A stretch of DNA of 64,000 nt from Mobula hypostoma. Lineage: Eukaryota. Both the position numbers and the translations under genes were made by a program. The first letter of the stretch is position 1. Each line of letters opens with the position of its first letter. Shown here piece by piece: positions 63,050 through 64,000 of this stretch. A model generated the notes under the pieces. It worked only from the letters and a program-made list of their open reading frames with translations, was not told where the DNA came from and did no database searches. The DNA is taken from assembly GCF_963921235.1 (NCBI RefSeq), contig NC_086097.1, positions 23,686,001-23,750,000 on the forward strand, in the 5' to 3' direction.

Positions 63050-63325
63050 AACCACGGTAGCATTGTAGTTAGTGTGACACCATTGCAGTTTGGGGAGTCA
63101 GAGTTCAATTTCAAAGTCATCTACAAGGAGTGTGTACACACTCCCCGTGGAATATACAGGTTTCCTCCGGGTGCTCTGGTTTCCTCCCATAGTCCAAGGA
63201 CATACTGGTAGGTTAATTGGTCATTGTAAATTGTCCCATGATTAGGCTAGGTTGAAGTTGGGGGTTGATGGGGGGTGTAGCTTGAAGGACCTATTCCATG
63301 CTGTACCTCAATGAATAAATAACTA
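63050..63325 (+). mobile_element. HE1-like tRNA/V-SINE nested in an old CR1 (-)
   Basis: ggtttcctccgggtgctctggtttcctcccatagtccaagga...ggttaattggtcattgtaaattgtccc. Confidence 0.8.
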
Positions 63326-63339
63326 TGTACAAGGGAAGC

Positions 63340-63478
63340 AATGCACACAAAATGCTGGAGGAACTCAGCAGGCCAGGTAGCATCTATGGAAAAGAGTAAA
63401 TAGTCGACGTTTTGGGCCAAGACCCTTTTTCAGACATTGCTTTGGATTTCCAGCATCTGCAGATCTTTTCGTGTTTAT
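63340..63478. mobile_element. Penelope terminal-repeat fragments (- then +), with a partly intact hammerhead on -
   Basis: agtcgacgttttgggccaagacccttt at 63402-63428, followed by ccagcatctgcaga. Confidence 0.72.
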
Positions 63479-63827
63479 GTATGTACAAGGGAATCCAGGT
63501 CTCTCTGAGCATCAACGTTTCTCATTTAAAAGTTAATTTATGTTTTTTTTTTACTGAAATGAATAACCTCACGTTGTTCCCCAGTGTTGTTTTCCATCTG
63601 CTGTTCAGTCAGTTTGTCTGCTCATCACTGAAGTGCCTTTCTATACATATCGACACTTGTATTCACACATTATGTTATGTCGTCTGCAAACATGGAAGTT
63701 TTACTTTAGTGCCTTCAGCCGACCCATTGGTACAGATTATGAAGAGTGGACAGCACAATAACGAATGCTAAAGTTTACCGTGTTATAGCCTGGTTTCCTG
63801 AGAAGGACCTGTTTATTCCCATTTATT

Positions 63828-64000
63828 GCAACACGCACAAAATGCTGGGGGAGTTCAGCAGGTCTGGCAGTATCTATGGAAACAATTAAACAGTTAGCAT
63901 TTCGGGCCAAAACCCTTCATAAAAACTAGAAAGGAAGGGAGGGAGAAGCTAGAATAGGAAGGTGTGGGAGGAGGTTGAGTACAAGCTAAATGGTGATGGG
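63828..64000 (-). mobile_element. Penelope terminal repeat and 3' region, running off the window end
   Basis: aaatgctgggggagttcagcaggtctggcag...tttcgggccaaaacccttcat, then a purine-rich tract. Confidence 0.78.

Overview
Repeat-dense, non-coding vertebrate DNA. The repeat set (CR1, Rex1/Babar, Penelope, RTE, L2, HE1-like V-SINEs, SacSINE1-like Deu-SINEs, Tc1 MITEs) points to a cartilaginous fish, probably a ray (inference). I recognise no host protein-coding exon: every recognisable ORF is a transposon fragment. Signals missed by the ORF track are: (1) minimal hammerhead-ribozyme motifs in Penelope terminal repeats, one with an intact core at 31111-31146 (-); (2) a multi-stem RNA motif with compensatory changes in the 5' leaders of non-autonomous RTE-derived elements; (3) a decayed Gypsy pol fossil (RT thumb, RNase H, integrase) at about 38.4-41.9 kb, split by younger insertions; (4) an 831-bp hAT deletion derivative with TIRs, 8-bp TSD and a zinc-finger remnant; (5) several local inverted or tandem duplications; (6) repeat-free islands that may be conserved enhancers. 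Family assignments come from motif recognition by eye. Boundaries are approximate (tens of bp) unless TSD or TIR coordinates are given.
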